Shown one piece after another: positions 62,026-64,000 of a stretch of DNA of 64,000 nt (the first letter of the stretch is position 1; each line of letters starts with the position of its first letter). A program made the position numbers and the translations under genes. The stretch spans positions 1 through 64,000 of the forward strand of contig JBKBRF010000025.1 in NCBI GenBank assembly GCA_046292385.1, written 5' to 3'. The notes beneath the pieces were generated by a model that had not been told where the DNA came from, did no database searches, and saw nothing but the letters and a program-made list of their open reading frames with translations. This DNA comes from Armatimonadota bacterium (GTDB lineage Bacteria > Armatimonadota > SYMT01).

Positions 62026-62395
62026 GCGTCCGGAGGAGCAGCCGGAGGCTGGGCCGGAGGACGGCACTTGTGACCACCCCTGGGCGCCAGGGGTGGTTGC
62101 TCGAAGGGCCGGGATTCAGCCCGTGAACCGAGCTACGGTTGAGATCCGTAGCTGCGGCGCGGGAAAAGCCTGCCGAGGTGAACTCCCGGAGCGGCCCGCT
62201 AACGGAGCGAAGCGGAGTGTGAAAGGGCCGGCGGAGGGCCGACGCCGCGGGAGGGCTGAATCCCGGCACAAGGGCGCGGGGTCGGACACTCGGAATGGAC
62301 GCCGCCGGGCGGAAGGCGTCGTAAAGCTCTGGTGTCAGGGTTCGAGCCGGACAGATGACGCTGTCGCCGAGCAAGCTCCGCCCGCGGCCCCGACA
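62026..62395 (+). ncRNA. Unidentified structured element, copy B (RNA or ssDNA; ends approximate)
   Basis: Homologous to 46906-47211; perfect 15-bp long-range stem 62108-62122/62253-62267. Confidence 0.6.
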
Positions 62396-62542
62396 ACTTT
62401 GGCTTCGCTGGCGGCTCGCACTCTGTTCGCAGGGTTTTCGCCGGGAAACCTAAAACAACTCAACGGCGGGCTCGCTCGCCCGGTGTCCTAGATCGGGTAT
62501 AGGGTAGATACGAGTATTCCCTTCGGTAACGAGGAAGCGTGC

Positions 62543-63889
62543 ATGATCGACAAGCAACTGCCACGGCGGACGTTCCTGCGTGGGATGGGGACCGCCATGT
62601 CCCTCCCGCTGCTGGAGGCGATGCTCCCGTCCTCCGCGCTCGCCGCGCCGGACGTGAAGAAGGCCCCCCAGCGGATCGCATTCCTCTTTGTGCCGAACGG
62701 CGTGCACATGCAGGACTGGACGCCCAAGACCGAGGGCAGCCTGGAAGAACTGCCGTTCGTGCTGGAGCCGCTCAAGGAGATCCGGCACAAGGTCTCCGTC
62801 CTGACCAACCTGACGCACGACAAGGCGCGGCCGAACGGCGATGGCCCGGGCGACCACGCCCGCTCCGCCTCCGCGTTCCTGACCGCCTCCCAGCCGCGGA
62901 AGACGGCCGGGGCGGACATCCACGTCGGCGTCTCCGTAGACCAGGTGGCGGCGAAGCATATCGGCCGCAACACCCGCTTCGCCTCTCTCGAGCTCGGCTG
63001 CGAGCGGGGCCGGCTGGCCGGCAACTGCGACTCCGGGTATAGCTGCGCCTACTCCAACGCGATCTCCTGGCAGTCCCCCACCACGCCGGTGGCGAAGGAA
63101 GTCGACCCCCGCCTCGTCTTCGAGCGGCTCTTCGGGAGCGGCAGCAAGGAGAGCGCCGAGGCGCGGGCCAAGCGCGAGCGGAACCGGCTGAGCATCCTCG
63201 ATTACGTGATGGACGACGCCAAGCAGCTCCAGAAGCAGCTCGGCGTGAAGGACCAGCAGAAGCTGGATGAGTACTTCACCGGCGTCCGCGAGATCGAGAA
63301 GCGGATCGAGCTGGCGCAGCAGGGGCAGAGCACCGTGAGCGCCAGCGGCTACACCCCGCCGAGCGGCATCCCGAAGGACTACGCGGAGCACCTGCGGCTG
63401 ATGGCAGACATGATGGTGCTGGCGTTCCAGACCGACCAGACCCGCGTGCTCACCTTTATGCTGGCCAACGAGGGGAGCAACCGGCCGTACCCGATGCTGG
63501 AGATCCCGGACGGTCACCACGACCTCTCGCACCACGGCGGCGACAAGGTGAAGCACGACAAGATCCGGCGGATCAACCGGTTTCACGTGGAGACGCTGGC
63601 CTACGCGCTGCAGAAGCTCGACAGCATCAAGGAAGGCGACCAGACGATTCTCGACAACTCGATGATCGTCTACGGCTGCGCGATCAGCGACGGCAACCGC
63701 CACAACCACGACGAGCTGCCGGTCCTGCTCGCGGGCCGCGGCGGCGGCTGGATCGACTCCGGGCGGCACATCGTCTACCAGGACGAGACCCCGATGGCGA
63801 ACCTCTTCGTCACGATGCTGAACCGCGCGGGCGTGAAGACCGACGCCTTCGGCGACAGCACCGGGCCGCTCGACATGCTCGACAAGTAG
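62543..63889 (+). CDS. DUF1552 family protein, Tat-like leader
   Basis: RRTFLRG.G..MSLPLLEAM, FVPNG, SVDQ.AA, SLELG, CDSGYSCAY, HH.LSHH, DGNRHNH. Confidence 0.93.
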   Translation: MIDKQLPRRTFLRGMGTAMSLPLLEAMLPSSALAAPDVKKAPQRIAFLFVPNGVHMQDWTPKTEGSLEELPFVLEPLKEIRHKVSVLTNLTHDKARPNGDGPGDHARSASAFLTASQPRKTAGADIHVGVSVDQVAAKHIGRNTRFASLELGCERGRLAGNCDSGYSCAYSNAISWQSPTTPVAKEVDPRLVFERLFGSGSKESAEARAKRERNRLSILDYVMDDAKQLQKQLGVKDQQKLDEYFTGVREIEKRIELAQQGQSTVSASGYTPPSGIPKDYAEHLRLMADMMVLAFQTDQTRVLTFMLANEGSNRPYPMLEIPDGHHDLSHHGGDKVKHDKIRRINRFHVETLAYALQKLDSIKEGDQTILDNSMIVYGCAISDGNRHNHDELPVLLAGRGGGWIDSGRHIVYQDETPMANLFVTMLNRAGVKTDAFGDSTGPLDMLDK

Positions 63890-63911
63890 TCGAGCCGGTA
63901 ACGACGCACTG

Positions 63912-63960
63912 AAGAGGCCGTGCCCGCCGGGTGATCTCCCGCGCGGGCACGGCCTCTTTT
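63912..63960 (+). terminator. Rho-independent terminator
   Basis: AAGAGGCCGTGCCCGC...GCGGGCACGGCCTCTT followed by a T-run. Confidence 0.8.
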
Positions 63961-64000
63961 CGTCTCCGGCGGAGCTCCCCGCCGTCCATCACCGGCAGCC

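Overview
A very GC-rich (roughly 70% by eye) bacterial chromosomal segment. It is most consistent with Armatimonadota or a similar lineage, inferred from the '[15 protein letters not shown]...H-X9-DG' prepilin-type gene and the planctomycete-type cytochrome c/DUF1501/DUF1552 operons. About 49 protein genes can be supported. They include housekeeping genes (infC, glmU, prs, pth, prpD, galM), many secreted or carbohydrate-active enzymes, three PSCyt/DUF1549/DUF1553 + DUF1501 operons and one DUF1592-family + DUF1552 operon. There is also a HicBA toxin-antitoxin pair, a Uma2 nuclease and an ABC-type ATPase + TOPRIM-like pair. I saw no rRNA, tRNA, CRISPR array or transposase. The most interesting signals lie outside the gene list. 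(1) Two diverged copies of a ~300-370 nt multi-stem element (~46906-47211 and ~62026-62395) have compensatory base changes in several helices and conserved c-GNA-g triloops; I cannot match it to a known RNA family. (2) A family of palindromic elements has arms made of 7-9 nt tandem repeats. One carries a four-helix-bundle gene between perfect 24-bp inverted repeats, and several are empty intergenic hairpins. Two homologous copies sit in frame at the same codon position of the DUF1553 domain in two divergent paralogs, while a third paralog is empty there. All family assignments come from motif recognition by eye, not database searches. Several start codons were reassigned from RBS context.
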